A DNA stretch of 64,000 bases from Candidatus Woesearchaeota archaeon (lineage in GTDB: Archaea > Nanobdellota > Nanobdellia > Pacearchaeales > GW2011-AR1). Where the stretch lies: contig CAZJEO010000002.1 of assembly GCA_964545065.1 (NCBI GenBank), positions 68,879 to 132,878 of the forward strand. The letters run 5' to 3'. Under the pieces are notes generated by a model. That model did not search any database, was not told where the DNA came from, and was given only the letters and a program-made list of their open reading frames with translations. The position numbers and the translations under genes are program-made. This document shows positions 53,531 through 63,417 of the stretch, one piece after another. Each line of letters opens with the position of its first letter. The first letter of the stretch is position 1.

Positions 53531-54484
53531 ATGAATGTTTTGATAACAGGAATTACTGGATTTGTGGGTTCTCATTTAGCTGAGTTTTTATTGAAAAAAG
53601 GCGGATATGAAATTTATGGTTTAAAAAGATGGAGAAGTCCCTTAAATAATATTCAGGAGATTAAAGACCAAGTTAATTTAGTGGATGGTGATTTACGGGA
53701 TGGGAAATCTATGTCTAGAATAATTAGTGACATTAGTCCGGATAGGATATTCCACTTGGCTGCCCAATCTTATGTTCCGACAAGTTTCACTGCTCCGACA
53801 GATACAATTGAAACCAATGTAAATGGAACTATAAATCTTTTGGAAGCTGTAATGGCTGCCAAGATAAATCCAAAAATCCATATTTGCTCCTCTTCTGAAG
53901 TATATGGGCAAGTGACTGAAGATGAGCTTCCAATTAAGGAGACTAATGCTTTCAGACCTCAGAGCCCTTATGCTGTTAGTAAAGTTGGGGAGGACCTAAT
54001 TTCCTTCCAATACTTTAAAAGCTATGGCTTACAGACTATAATGAGCAGAGCATTCACCCATACTGGTCCAAGAAGAGGGAGTGTTTTTGTTGTTTCAGCT
54101 TTTGCTAAACAAATTGCTGAAATAGAGGCTGGGAAGAAAGAACCTATCCTAAATGTTGGGAATTTAGAAAGTGTAAGAACTTTTTTAGATGTCAGAGATA
54201 TTGTGGGGGCCTATGATTTATTAATTGAAAAATGCGAACCAGGGCAAGCATATAATATCGGGGGCAATGCTTCTATGAAAATTGGTGAAATGCTTGATAA
54301 ACTTTTACAAATGAGTGATAAGCAAATTGAAGTGAGGGTGGATCCTAAATTATTGCGTTCTTCTGATGTAACATTACAAATCCCGGATGTTTCAAAATTT
54401 AAACAAGCGACAGGGTGGGAACCAAAAATCCCTTTTGAAAAAACCTTGAAAGATACCTTAGATTATTGGAGAGAAAATATTTAA
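53531..54484 (+). CDS. NAD(P)-dependent sugar-nucleotide epimerase/dehydratase (GDP-sugar 4,6-dehydratase/reductase-like SDR)
   Basis: ITGITGFVGSH Rossmann motif and YAVSK (YxxxK) catalytic motif. Confidence 0.7.
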   Translation: MNVLITGITGFVGSHLAEFLLKKGGYEIYGLKRWRSPLNNIQEIKDQVNLVDGDLRDGKSMSRIISDISPDRIFHLAAQSYVPTSFTAPTDTIETNVNGTINLLEAVMAAKINPKIHICSSSEVYGQVTEDELPIKETNAFRPQSPYAVSKVGEDLISFQYFKSYGLQTIMSRAFTHTGPRRGSVFVVSAFAKQIAEIEAGKKEPILNVGNLESVRTFLDVRDIVGAYDLLIEKCEPGQAYNIGGNASMKIGEMLDKLLQMSDKQIEVRVDPKLLRSSDVTLQIPDVSKFKQATGWEPKIPFEKTLKDTLDYWRENI

Positions 54485-54544
54485 GAAGATGGTAGTTGAT
54501 GTGTGGATTTTTACAAGATTAAAAAAAATTAAGATTTTTAAAAA

Positions 54545-56326
54545 ATGAAGGCATTAATTTTAGTTGGAGGGATTGGAACAAGACTAAGACCCCTCACCGA
54601 AAAAGTTCCTAAACCCATGGTGGAAATTAATGGCAAACCTTTCTTAGAATTTAATATTGAGAATTTAAAAAAACAAGGTATCACTGATATTGTTCTTTGT
54701 GTGGCATATTTAGGCCATATTGTCGAAGAATATTTTGGTAATGGTGAAAGATTCGGAGTTAATATCACTTATTCATATGAAAACCCGCCTTTAGGTACTG
54801 CAGGAGCGATTAAAAATGCCGAGCATTTAATTGATGATGATTTTATTGCCATGAACGGTGATACTTTTATGGATGTAGATATTAGTAAACTTTTAGACTT
54901 TCATAAAAACCACGATTCTCCGTTCACAATGGTGATTTGTGATGCAAATCATGCAAGAACTCAAGAAATTATTGAACTAGATGAAAAGAAATCTGTAAAA
55001 ATTTATAAAAGAGGCACTATTGAACATGAAAATCGTTTAATATCTAATCCAAAAGTTTTAGCGAATGGGGGATTATATGTTATGAGTAAGGAAATCCTAG
55101 AGAAGATTCCTGCTTTAAAAAAGACCTCTTTAGAAATAGATATTTTTCCACAAATTGTCGAAAATATGAGAGCATTTATCCACGAGGGGTATATGTTGGA
55201 TGTTGCTGATGAAGGAGATTTAAAAGAATTTAAAAAAGATGTCAGGAATGGATTAATAATGCCCAGTATTACCGGATATCAGAAGATAATAAGAAGCCGT
55301 GCTCCGGTTAGAATAACTTTTGGAGGAGGGGGAACAGATATTTCTCCATATGATAAAAGCCATGGCGGGATTTGTGTTAATGCCACTATCAATAGATATG
55401 TTTATTCTTCATTAAAACTAAGAGAAGATAAAAGAATACATATCAAATCAGATATTATTAATATCCACGGGGGATTTGAGACTCATGAAAGCAGTTTTGA
55501 AAATATTGGAGAAGTCGAAATGCTTGATGGTGACAAGCTTAATATCATAAGAGCGGTGATCCTTGAAATGAATCCAACCCATGGTTTTGATCTCTATGTA
55601 AGGAGCGAGGTTCCTCCCCATTCTGGTCTTGGGGCAAGTGCTTCATTATGTGTTTCAATTATTGGTGTTCTTAATCATCTAAGGAAAAAAAATAAACTGA
55701 CAAAGCATGAAATAGCAGAAACAGCTTTTGAAATTGAAAAAGAGCGATTGAAAAATAAAGGGGGGAAACAAGACCAATATGCTGCTGCTTTCGGAGGAAT
55801 AAATCTTTATGAATTTAAAAACGAAGAGGTAAGGGTAAATCCAGTAAATATGGCTAAAGATGATTTATTAGAATTTGAAAAAAATATTTTAGTGGTTTCT
55901 TTTGCGAGAAAAGTTAAATCCTCTGGGCAAATCCATAAATATGAATTTGAAAATAAATTTTTTGAAGACGATCAAAAAGTTAAAAGACTTCATGAAATAA
56001 AAAATATTGCGAGAGATATAGAGTTCAATCTCCGACGGGGAAATTTTAAGAAATTTGGGGAATTAATTGATATTGGCTGGGATAAAAAGAAAAAATTTAA
56101 TCCTTTAGTGACTAACACCTACGTTGATGCATTAATTGAAGAAGCTTTATTAAACGGTGCAATTGGAGCAAGATTAATGGGGGCTGGCGGAGGCGGACAT
56201 TTACTTCTCTATTGTAACCCAGATCAGGAACATAGAGTAAGAGAAATCTTGGCAGAAAGAGGGGCAAAATCAATTGATTTTAGTTTTGATTTTGAGGGAT
56301 TAAAAATCTGGGAGATTGAAGGATAA
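54545..56326 (+). CDS. Bifunctional sugar-1-phosphate nucleotidyltransferase / GHMP sugar kinase (HddC-HddA-like fusion)
   Basis: N-terminal LILVGGIGTRLRPLT..KPMV NTP-transferase motif. C-terminal GHMP motif PPHSGLGASASL and GAGGGGH. Confidence 0.75.
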   Translation: MKALILVGGIGTRLRPLTEKVPKPMVEINGKPFLEFNIENLKKQGITDIVLCVAYLGHIVEEYFGNGERFGVNITYSYENPPLGTAGAIKNAEHLIDDDFIAMNGDTFMDVDISKLLDFHKNHDSPFTMVICDANHARTQEIIELDEKKSVKIYKRGTIEHENRLISNPKVLANGGLYVMSKEILEKIPALKKTSLEIDIFPQIVENMRAFIHEGYMLDVADEGDLKEFKKDVRNGLIMPSITGYQKIIRSRAPVRITFGGGGTDISPYDKSHGGICVNATINRYVYSSLKLREDKRIHIKSDIINIHGGFETHESSFENIGEVEMLDGDKLNIIRAVILEMNPTHGFDLYVRSEVPPHSGLGASASLCVSIIGVLNHLRKKNKLTKHEIAETAFEIEKERLKNKGGKQDQYAAAFGGINLYEFKNEEVRVNPVNMAKDDLLEFEKNILVVSFARKVKSSGQIHKYEFENKFFEDDQKVKRLHEIKNIARDIEFNLRRGNFKKFGELIDIGWDKKKKFNPLVTNTYVDALIEEALLNGAIGARLMGAGGGGHLLLYCNPDQEHRVREILAERGAKSIDFSFDFEGLKIWEIEG

Positions 56327-56336
56327 AAAGATTTAA

Positions 56337-57236
56337 TCAGACTTTTGTACTTTCTACTCTTTCCCAATCATCCTTGTGATATTTTTTTTTAAAATAAACA
56401 TCTTCAAAAGCCTTAACCCACACATAAAGTCTTAAGAAAATTAATTGGAAACTCCAAAACATTTCTTTAATATTTTCTGGGTATTTGATAACATCCAAAA
56501 CCCCCTTTGTTTCTGCTTTAAATGTCTTGGCCCTTGGGAAGACTTTTGTATCTATGTACTTACTTAAGGTTTCATGGGCTCTAATTGTTCTTGTTTTTTG
56601 GGATATCCATTCTCTTAAGTTATTTACATTTTTGACATAAACTTTAGCATTTTCTGCATATTCCATTTGATATCCTTTTTCCCACAGATAATAAGGGATT
56701 ATCCCATCATCTGCTGTGTCTAAGGGAATTTTATTCACTTTATTTCCTTTAATGGCATATAAGTAACCGGTACAAAAAATAAAAGAGTTTTCCTTAGCAG
56801 CTTGTTTTCTTAGTTTGTGTGCTGCATCAAATAAAAAATTTGCCCAATAACCATATTTTGTTTTTTTATCTTCCTCTGGAATCGTCCTTCCAATTACGCA
56901 TCCCATCTTTTGATTTAGGAACATACTAGTAATTTCCTCAACTGCATTATCTGAAATCCAAACATCTCCATCAGTTAAAATTAAAATATCTGTTTTAATT
57001 TTGGGTAAAATTAAATTTAAGGCATTAGCTTTACCATTTCCTAAATCTTGGAAAAGTTTTATTCTTTTATCTTTCTTTGAATATTCTTTTGCTATGTCAA
57101 GAGTTTCTTTGTCTGAAGCGCAGATAATTATTTCATAATTAAGATTTGTTTTTTGATTTAATGCAGCTTCTATTGCCTTAGAAATTGTAGGTTCTTTGTG
57201 TGCTAACATCAGTAAAGTAATTTTTTTATTTTTCAT
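56337..57236 (-). CDS. GT2 glycosyltransferase
   Basis: GT-A N-terminal region with a TDGD (DxD) motif. Confidence 0.6.
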   Translation of the reverse strand: MKNKKITLLMLAHKEPTISKAIEAALNQKTNLNYEIIICASDKETLDIAKEYSKKDKRIKLFQDLGNGKANALNLILPKIKTDILILTDGDVWISDNAVEEITSMFLNQKMGCVIGRTIPEEDKKTKYGYWANFLFDAAHKLRKQAAKENSFIFCTGYLYAIKGNKVNKIPLDTADDGIIPYYLWEKGYQMEYAENAKVYVKNVNNLREWISQKTRTIRAHETLSKYIDTKVFPRAKTFKAETKGVLDVIKYPENIKEMFWSFQLIFLRLYVWVKAFEDVYFKKKYHKDDWERVESTKV

Positions 57237-57252
57237 TTTACTAAATTATTTG

Positions 57253-58608
57253 CTATAAATCCACCCCATATAATTCTTTATCTGCTTTTTTTCTAAAATC
57301 TTTATAGAGCTTAGTAAATTTTTCTTTTGTTACTTCATAAGGTAATTTTATGAGTTCTTGTAAGATTCCAGAAGAATATAATTCTGGATGTTTTACTACA
57401 ATTGCGAATAATTTTTGTAAATTTGCTATTTCATTTTTATTGGCTATATCAATTGGAGAAGTGTCAAAAAAATCACCTATATCTGAAAAATCTCCTGTAT
57501 AAACTTTTTCTTTCACGCATCTTTCTCCTAATTTTGTCCGGGGATAGGGTTGAAAAATAGCTGCCCAAGCATAATCGGGTTGGCATTCAATATTTAATTC
57601 TAAAGTCTCCAAATCATTTTTAAGAGAAGTGAAAGGTAATCCTAAAATGTTGTGGGCCATGACTTTAATATTAGATTCTTTTAGCAACGCTATGGCATCT
57701 TTAATTTGTTGGTTGGAAATATTTCTATTTAAGATATCCCTTCGGATATTCTCATGTCCAGATTCTATGCCTATGTTAACCCCGTAACATCCTGCGTTTT
57801 TTAAATCTTTTATAATCTCCTCCCTAACTAAATTTGGCCTAACATGGCAATAAAATGGAAGCTTTATTCTTTTGGGATACTTTCCTGAAAATTCTTTTAT
57901 CCAATCGGGTTTTAAAATAAAAGTATCATCTTGAAAACAAACTACTTTTGTTGGTGAAGAGGAGATCACTTGTTCAACTTCATCCAATAAATTATCTACA
58001 GAACGAAATCTTACCCTTTCTCCTTTTCCTTCATACAGTTTTGAATAAGATTCATTAAAACAAAAAGAACAATTATACGGGCAACCTCTTGAAGCAATAA
58101 AATGTTTTATTGGTCCTTCATCAATGTGGGGATATTTGAATACAAGATTCCTATCTGGGTAATGAATCTTATCTAAATCTTCCACAAGTGGTTGAACAGA
58201 ATTTTTGATTACCCCTCCTCCAATCTTAAACCAAAAATTAGGAATGCTTTGAGAATTCGGATGTTCCAAAAGATTTTTTATCGCTTTTTCTCCTTCTCCA
58301 ATGCAAATTGCATCAAAACTTGATTTACCTAACATTTCTGGGAAGAATGTTGGATGAGGTCCCCCTGCAATAGAGAAAAAATCAAATTTTTCTTTTAATT
58401 TTTTATTTATATTATCATAAAAATCTTGATCTCCTGTCATTATACTGTATCCAACAAAATCTGGCTTGTATTCAACAAATTTTTTTTCTAAGTTTTCTGA
58501 TGTTGTGATCAAATCCACCTCATGCCCTTCCTCCCTAATAGACGAAGCTAGGTACATTATCCCTAGTGGTTCAAGTAAAAACGGTTTATTAATAAATAAA
58601 AATTTCAT
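57253..58608 (-). CDS. B12-binding-domain radical SAM protein (paralogue 5)
   Basis: CPYNCSFC motif about 175 aa in, with a B12-binding-like N-terminus. Confidence 0.75.
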   Translation of the reverse strand: MKFLFINKPFLLEPLGIMYLASSIREEGHEVDLITTSENLEKKFVEYKPDFVGYSIMTGDQDFYDNINKKLKEKFDFFSIAGGPHPTFFPEMLGKSSFDAICIGEGEKAIKNLLEHPNSQSIPNFWFKIGGGVIKNSVQPLVEDLDKIHYPDRNLVFKYPHIDEGPIKHFIASRGCPYNCSFCFNESYSKLYEGKGERVRFRSVDNLLDEVEQVISSSPTKVVCFQDDTFILKPDWIKEFSGKYPKRIKLPFYCHVRPNLVREEIIKDLKNAGCYGVNIGIESGHENIRRDILNRNISNQQIKDAIALLKESNIKVMAHNILGLPFTSLKNDLETLELNIECQPDYAWAAIFQPYPRTKLGERCVKEKVYTGDFSDIGDFFDTSPIDIANKNEIANLQKLFAIVVKHPELYSSGILQELIKLPYEVTKEKFTKLYKDFRKKADKELYGVDL

Positions 58609-59771
58609 TTTTTAATCCTTAAAAGATTCTTATATTCACCCATATATTTTTTATAAATAATATCCCAATCAAAGTTCTTTGCTTTATTAAGATTGTTTTT
58701 TGAAATCTTTTTCCTTAAATCTGAATTATTTATTAGTTTTAATATGTTTTCCTTAAGTTTTTCTATATCCCCATAGTCTGCAAAAAAACCGTTTTCAGGT
58801 TCTTTCATTTCATAAGGAATTCCATTAACAGGTGAGGCAACAATGGGCAATCCCGAAGCCATGGCCTCAAATAGAGTTAATGGCAACCCTTCTCTATAAC
58901 TAGGCAATGCATAGATGTCCGCTGCCTGATACATTTCTGCTATTTTTTCCTTGCCTTTTATTGGCCCGAGATATTTCATATTTTTGTAAGGTTTTATCAG
59001 TTTTTTTACTTCTTGTGCTTTTCCTTCATCAGGACCAACCCAAACAAAAGCCACATCTTTTCTTTTTTTTGTTATATCTATTGCAGTTTGAGCCAGCATC
59101 TCTGGACCTTTTGTTGGATTTAATCTTCCAAAAAACAAAACAAGATATTTTTCTTTTATATTATTATTTTTCTTGAATTGGTTTTTCTCTACTTTTTTAA
59201 AAAGTATTTTGTCTGTTCCGTTAGGGATAACTTTAATTTTATTTTCATCTGTATATCTATTTAATGTATCTAATTCCCAGGGGGTTATTGATATTACTTT
59301 ATGAATCATTGAAAAAGAAATCTTATTAAAAATCAGGTCGTTCAAAAACAAAAATGGTCTTAAAATTTTTGGTCTAAACGAAGTATCTGTCCATGGACAG
59401 TGGGTTGTATGGAGATGTTTGAATCCATAAATCTTTGATAATAAACCTGTAAAAAGAATATATGCATGCCCTGAAACGTGAGTATGAAGTATGTCAAATT
59501 TTCCAGCCTTGTTGAATTTTCCAAATCTCCATAATAAAGAGGGCCATATAAAAGTATTAAAAGATAATCTGAACCAATAAGGAAAGCGATGAATATGAAC
59601 CCCCTTAATTATTTCCTCTTTAACTTCTAGTCTTGCATTTTTGTCAGAATCGCAACAGAACACATGGACTTCATGTCCTTCGATTACTTGCCGTTCTGCC
59701 AATTCTACTATAACTCTTCCAACCCCTCCAAAAGTTGGTAGGTAAAACATATTTATGTGGGCTATTTTCAT
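58605..59771 (-). CDS. GT4 glycosyltransferase
   Basis: MKIAHINMFYLPTFGGV start and EGLPLTLFEAMASGLPIVAS (EX7E). The upstream 67 codons of the track ORF are Phe-rich read-through of AT-rich intergenic DNA. Confidence 0.8.
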   Translation of the reverse strand: MKIAHINMFYLPTFGGVGRVIVELAERQVIEGHEVHVFCCDSDKNARLEVKEEIIKGVHIHRFPYWFRLSFNTFIWPSLLWRFGKFNKAGKFDILHTHVSGHAYILFTGLLSKIYGFKHLHTTHCPWTDTSFRPKILRPFLFLNDLIFNKISFSMIHKVISITPWELDTLNRYTDENKIKVIPNGTDKILFKKVEKNQFKKNNNIKEKYLVLFFGRLNPTKGPEMLAQTAIDITKKRKDVAFVWVGPDEGKAQEVKKLIKPYKNMKYLGPIKGKEKIAEMYQAADIYALPSYREGLPLTLFEAMASGLPIVASPVNGIPYEMKEPENGFFADYGDIEKLKENILKLINNSDLRKKISKNNLNKAKNFDWDIIYKKYMGEYKNLLRIKK

Positions 59772-59885
59772 GAAGTTGAAATAAAAGGCAAGTTTATAAA
59801 AACATACAAGGAAAAATATATGTTTAAAGATTGTTATAAAATTAAGTATAGTAAAATTTAAAAAGATTAAAGAATGATAAGAAAA

Positions 59886-59990
59886 ATGGAAGAAAAAGAA
59901 CAAGAAGAAAACAAAGAGGAAGAAATTATGAACAAGAAAGATGAAGAAGTGCTTAAAAGTAGGCTTAAGCAATTAGGTTATCTGGACTAG
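59886..59990 (+). CDS. Small acidic ORF (34 aa) ending in RLKQLGYLD
   Basis: Below the ORF-track cutoff. Ends 1 nt before the sulfatase-like gene. Its C-terminal motif resembles the end of the 61205 ORF (RRLENLGY). Confidence 0.35.
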   Translation: MEEKEQEENKEEEIMNKKDEEVLKSRLKQLGYLD

Positions 59991-59991
59991 G

Positions 59992-61182
59992 ATGAAAAAT
60001 GTGGTAATAATCATTGTAGACGCCCTTAGACCAAAAAACCTTAGTTTATTTGGATACAAGAAGGAGAATGATACAAATTTAAAGATTCTTTCTAAGGAAA
60101 GTTTATTATTCATACAACATTTCTCTTCTTCTAATTCCACATTTCCTTCATTAACCTCTTTATTTACTGGCAAATATCCCAATAATCATGGGATAATTCA
60201 TCAATTCCCCTACACACAACAATCAGAAATTGAAAAATTTAAGAAAAACAAATTTTGGCTTCCCTCCTATCTTCAAAATAGAGGCTATAACACAATTGCA
60301 ATAGACTGGATTGGTATGTGGCTTAAAAATGGTTTTAACTATTATGAAGAAAAAGAAGATCAACCAAAGAAATTTTTGAATTATCCATTTGTTAAAAAAA
60401 TTCTCCTTAATTTACCTAGTTGTTTATATAAATTAGGTAAGAAAGTTGTAAAGGTTCGAACTTCTACCCCTTTTTCTTCTGCTGAGAAGAGTACAGATTT
60501 AGCTATCTCTAAAATCAAAACAACGAAGATGCCTTTTTTCTTATTTATTCATTTTTGGGACACTCATTTTCCTTTTCCGACAATTAAAAAACCGAAAGAT
60601 ATTGGAATTATTTCAAGAAAAAATATATTAGGAAAAATAGAGAATAATTCTCAGAGAGACTATGTTCGGAAAAGATTTGATGATATTTCTTTAAACTACT
60701 TAGAACCTATTGAAGAAAAATATGATTTGGCTATTAAAAAAGTGGACGAACAAATTGGAAGACTTATTAGTTTTTTAAAAAGACAAAATTTATGGGAAGA
60801 TATAATTTTTATTGTCCTTGGAGACCATGGCGAAAGTCTAAAAGAAAATGGAATTTATTTTAGCCACTCTGGACTTTATGAAGAATCTATCCATGTTCCA
60901 TTAATTATGAAATTTCCTGGACAAAAGAGTAGAAAGATAAAAGAATTCGCACAAAATACAGATGTTGTTCCCACCTTGTTAGATTATTTTAAAGATAAAA
61001 CAATAAAGGAAAAGTTTGATGGTGCATCTTTACTTCAAAAATCCAAAAGGAAAAAAATATTTGCAATTGATGGACTTGCAGAAGATGTTCAATTAATGAT
61101 GACAAAAAATAAGAAGATTATAACTGCTAAATCTCCAAAATGCCATTTATGCAAATCAATTCACCATACAGAAAATTTATAA
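59992..61182 (+). CDS. Sulfatase-like / alkaline-phosphatase-superfamily hydrolase or phosphotransferase
   Basis: VIIIVDALRP, SSNSTFPSLTSLFTG (no Cys-x-Pro-x-Arg formylglycine motif) and LGDHGES. Confidence 0.6.
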   Translation: MKNVVIIIVDALRPKNLSLFGYKKENDTNLKILSKESLLFIQHFSSSNSTFPSLTSLFTGKYPNNHGIIHQFPYTQQSEIEKFKKNKFWLPSYLQNRGYNTIAIDWIGMWLKNGFNYYEEKEDQPKKFLNYPFVKKILLNLPSCLYKLGKKVVKVRTSTPFSSAEKSTDLAISKIKTTKMPFFLFIHFWDTHFPFPTIKKPKDIGIISRKNILGKIENNSQRDYVRKRFDDISLNYLEPIEEKYDLAIKKVDEQIGRLISFLKRQNLWEDIIFIVLGDHGESLKENGIYFSHSGLYEESIHVPLIMKFPGQKSRKIKEFAQNTDVVPTLLDYFKDKTIKEKFDGASLLQKSKRKKIFAIDGLAEDVQLMMTKNKKIITAKSPKCHLCKSIHHTENL

Positions 61183-61204
61183 ATTTAGTAAGTTATACTG
61201 GATT

Positions 61205-61441
61205 ATGAAAATAGCAAAAAAGAAACAAGATAACAAAGTCGAATATGGAACTATCTCATTACCCCTCCCATTAATTGAATTAATTAAAAAAAGAATTAAG
61301 GGTACTGGTATTACTTCTGTATCGGCTTATATTTCATTTATTTTAAGGCAGATACTTTCATCTTCTGCAGATAAATCAGAAGTTATAAGTAAGGAAGCTG
61401 AAGAAGAAACTAGGAGAAGATTGGAGAATCTGGGATATTAA
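61205..61441 (+). CDS. Ribbon-helix-helix (CopG-like) protein, tentative
   Basis: ISLPLPLIELIKKRIKGTGITSVSAYISFILRQ fits a beta-strand-helix-helix pattern. Ends in RRLENLGY. Confidence 0.4.
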   Translation: MKIAKKKQDNKVEYGTISLPLPLIELIKKRIKGTGITSVSAYISFILRQILSSSADKSEVISKEAEEETRRRLENLGY

Positions 61442-61509
61442 TCTGTATTCTTATAACTTATTAGTACTAAATAAGATTTAAATACTGTAATTATATATAA
61501 TTATATATA

Positions 61510-63399
61510 ATGACAAATAAAAAAGGGTATAATGTGGTTATGGTTACTCTCGATGGTGCACGTCTTGATAGAATCAAACAATTTGAAAATTTTAATAAAT
61601 TTGTGAACAAAGGTACTTTTTTTTCAAAAACAATAACTTATGGGCCCCAAACAGTTACTTCATTGTATGCTATTTTTACGGGGATTTATGGAAATAAAAC
61701 TAAAGCAAATAATTATTTTGGAAGCATTAAATTTAGAAAAGATTGTTTTAAAACACTTCCACAATATCTTCAAGAAGCAGGGTTTTATACAGAGGGAGAC
61801 ATAATAAATAAAATAGTTCTTCCAGACCAGGGATTTGACAAATTAAGGATTCATGATGAGCATAAAGATAATCTCACGCAAAGACACATAGATATGATTA
61901 AAGAGATTAGTAAATTGCGGGATCAAAATAAAAACTTTTTTTTATATTTGCATTATAGCAATATTCATACAGGCGTAATTCAATCAGTTGTAAAAAAATA
62001 TGGTGATTTTGATGAAGTTTATTTTAATAATAGAGAAAAAAATATTGAAAACTATGATAAATATGTTAAAAAAGCAGATGAATATCTTGGAGAATTACTT
62101 AAGGTTTGTGAAGAATTGGATTTATTTAAAGATACTATTTTTGTTGTTTTTTCTGATCATGGAGCAAGCGTTGGTGAAAAAAAAGGAGAAAAAGGATATG
62201 GAAGATATTGTTATGATTATACTTTGAAAACTTTTGTTAGTTTTATTCAACCAGATATTTTTCCAATAAAACAGATAGACAAATTAAATAGAACAATAGA
62301 TATAATGCCAACAATTTTAGATGTTTTAGAAATCCCTGAAGATAGTAATTATGAAAAAATACAAGGAAAGTCGTTAATACCCCTCATGAATGATGAACCT
62401 GATGAAAGAGTAGCATTTTCCGAATCTGCGGGAATTGAAGAAGAACCTTCCAATACTGACCCTTCTATTAAATGTATCAGAACAAAAAATTGGAAATTAA
62501 TTTATAATATTGATACAAAAGAAAAAGAACTTTATAATTTAATAGAGGATCCTGAAGAAATTAATAATCTTTCAGAGAAGAATCTTAAAAAAACAGATGA
62601 ACTATTTGATAAATTAGTTGATTTAAGTCCAGAAATAGGGAAAATAAAAAAAGCCGTAATTCTTGCAGGAGGCTTAAGCTTAAGAATGGGGGAATCAACG
62701 AATGGTACTATCAAATGTTTGCTTCCAATAGATGAAGAAGAATCAATCATTAAGAGAGTAATAAGATTATTAAAAAAGAATGGGATTGAAGATATTGTTT
62801 TAGTTACAGGTTATAAAAGTAAGGAACTAGAAAAGGTGTTTGGAAATTCTGTTAGATATATAGAAGAGCCACTCTACAAAAAAGAGGGGATGTTAGATTC
62901 TTTATGTTATGCAATGGAAGAATTCAATGAGCCATTTTTATTTATGTATGCAGATTCTGTTTTTTCTGAAAGAGCCCTTAAAAAAATCGTCAATAGTAAT
63001 GCGGGAGAAATTACCTGTTTGATCAGCGATAAAGATGTTGATGATGAATCTGAAAAAATAAAATTTGAAAATGGTAGGATTATTCAATGCAATAAAGAAC
63101 TCTCAAATGAAGAAGCAGACGGAGAATTTACGGGGATGATCAAAAATAATTTTGAAGGTGTAAAAGAGTTTAAACATTCTTTAAAAAAAATGAGAGATTT
63201 AAATATTATAGAAGGTAAAAATGTGAGAGATCTTATAGAATTCATGGTTGGGCAAGGTACAGAAATCGGGGCGGAAAAGGTTTCTGGAGAGGATTGGATG
63301 GAAATAGATTTTGAAGGAGAATATGAGTTGGCTAAAAATAGTTTTATTCATCAAATAAAAAAAATGGATTTAGAAAATGACAAGAATAATATTAATTGA
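61510..63399 (+). CDS. Fusion of a sulfatase-like (alkaline phosphatase superfamily) domain and a LicC/MobA-like nucleotidyltransferase domain
   Basis: N-terminal VVMVTLDGARLD and FSDHGAS. C-terminal KAVILAGGLSLRMG nucleotidyltransferase P-loop-like motif. Confidence 0.6.
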   Translation: MTNKKGYNVVMVTLDGARLDRIKQFENFNKFVNKGTFFSKTITYGPQTVTSLYAIFTGIYGNKTKANNYFGSIKFRKDCFKTLPQYLQEAGFYTEGDIINKIVLPDQGFDKLRIHDEHKDNLTQRHIDMIKEISKLRDQNKNFFLYLHYSNIHTGVIQSVVKKYGDFDEVYFNNREKNIENYDKYVKKADEYLGELLKVCEELDLFKDTIFVVFSDHGASVGEKKGEKGYGRYCYDYTLKTFVSFIQPDIFPIKQIDKLNRTIDIMPTILDVLEIPEDSNYEKIQGKSLIPLMNDEPDERVAFSESAGIEEEPSNTDPSIKCIRTKNWKLIYNIDTKEKELYNLIEDPEEINNLSEKNLKKTDELFDKLVDLSPEIGKIKKAVILAGGLSLRMGESTNGTIKCLLPIDEEESIIKRVIRLLKKNGIEDIVLVTGYKSKELEKVFGNSVRYIEEPLYKKEGMLDSLCYAMEEFNEPFLFMYADSVFSERALKKIVNSNAGEITCLISDKDVDDESEKIKFENGRIIQCNKELSNEEADGEFTGMIKNNFEGVKEFKHSLKKMRDLNIIEGKNVRDLIEFMVGQGTEIGAEKVSGEDWMEIDFEGEYELAKNSFIHQIKKMDLENDKNNIN

Positions 63400-63417
63400 A
63401 AGGGGGTACAAAAATAG

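Noticed and set aside
59772-59972. N-terminal 67 codons of the track ORF 58605..59972 (Phe/Leu-rich)
   Set aside because: This is read-through of AT-rich intergenic DNA. The conserved GT4 N-terminus starts at MKIAHINMFY (ATG at 59771).
61490-61509. Tandem AATTATATAT x2 just upstream of the 61510 ATG as a distinct repeat feature
   Set aside because: This is short AT-rich simple sequence, most likely just a TATA-like promoter or spacer composition.
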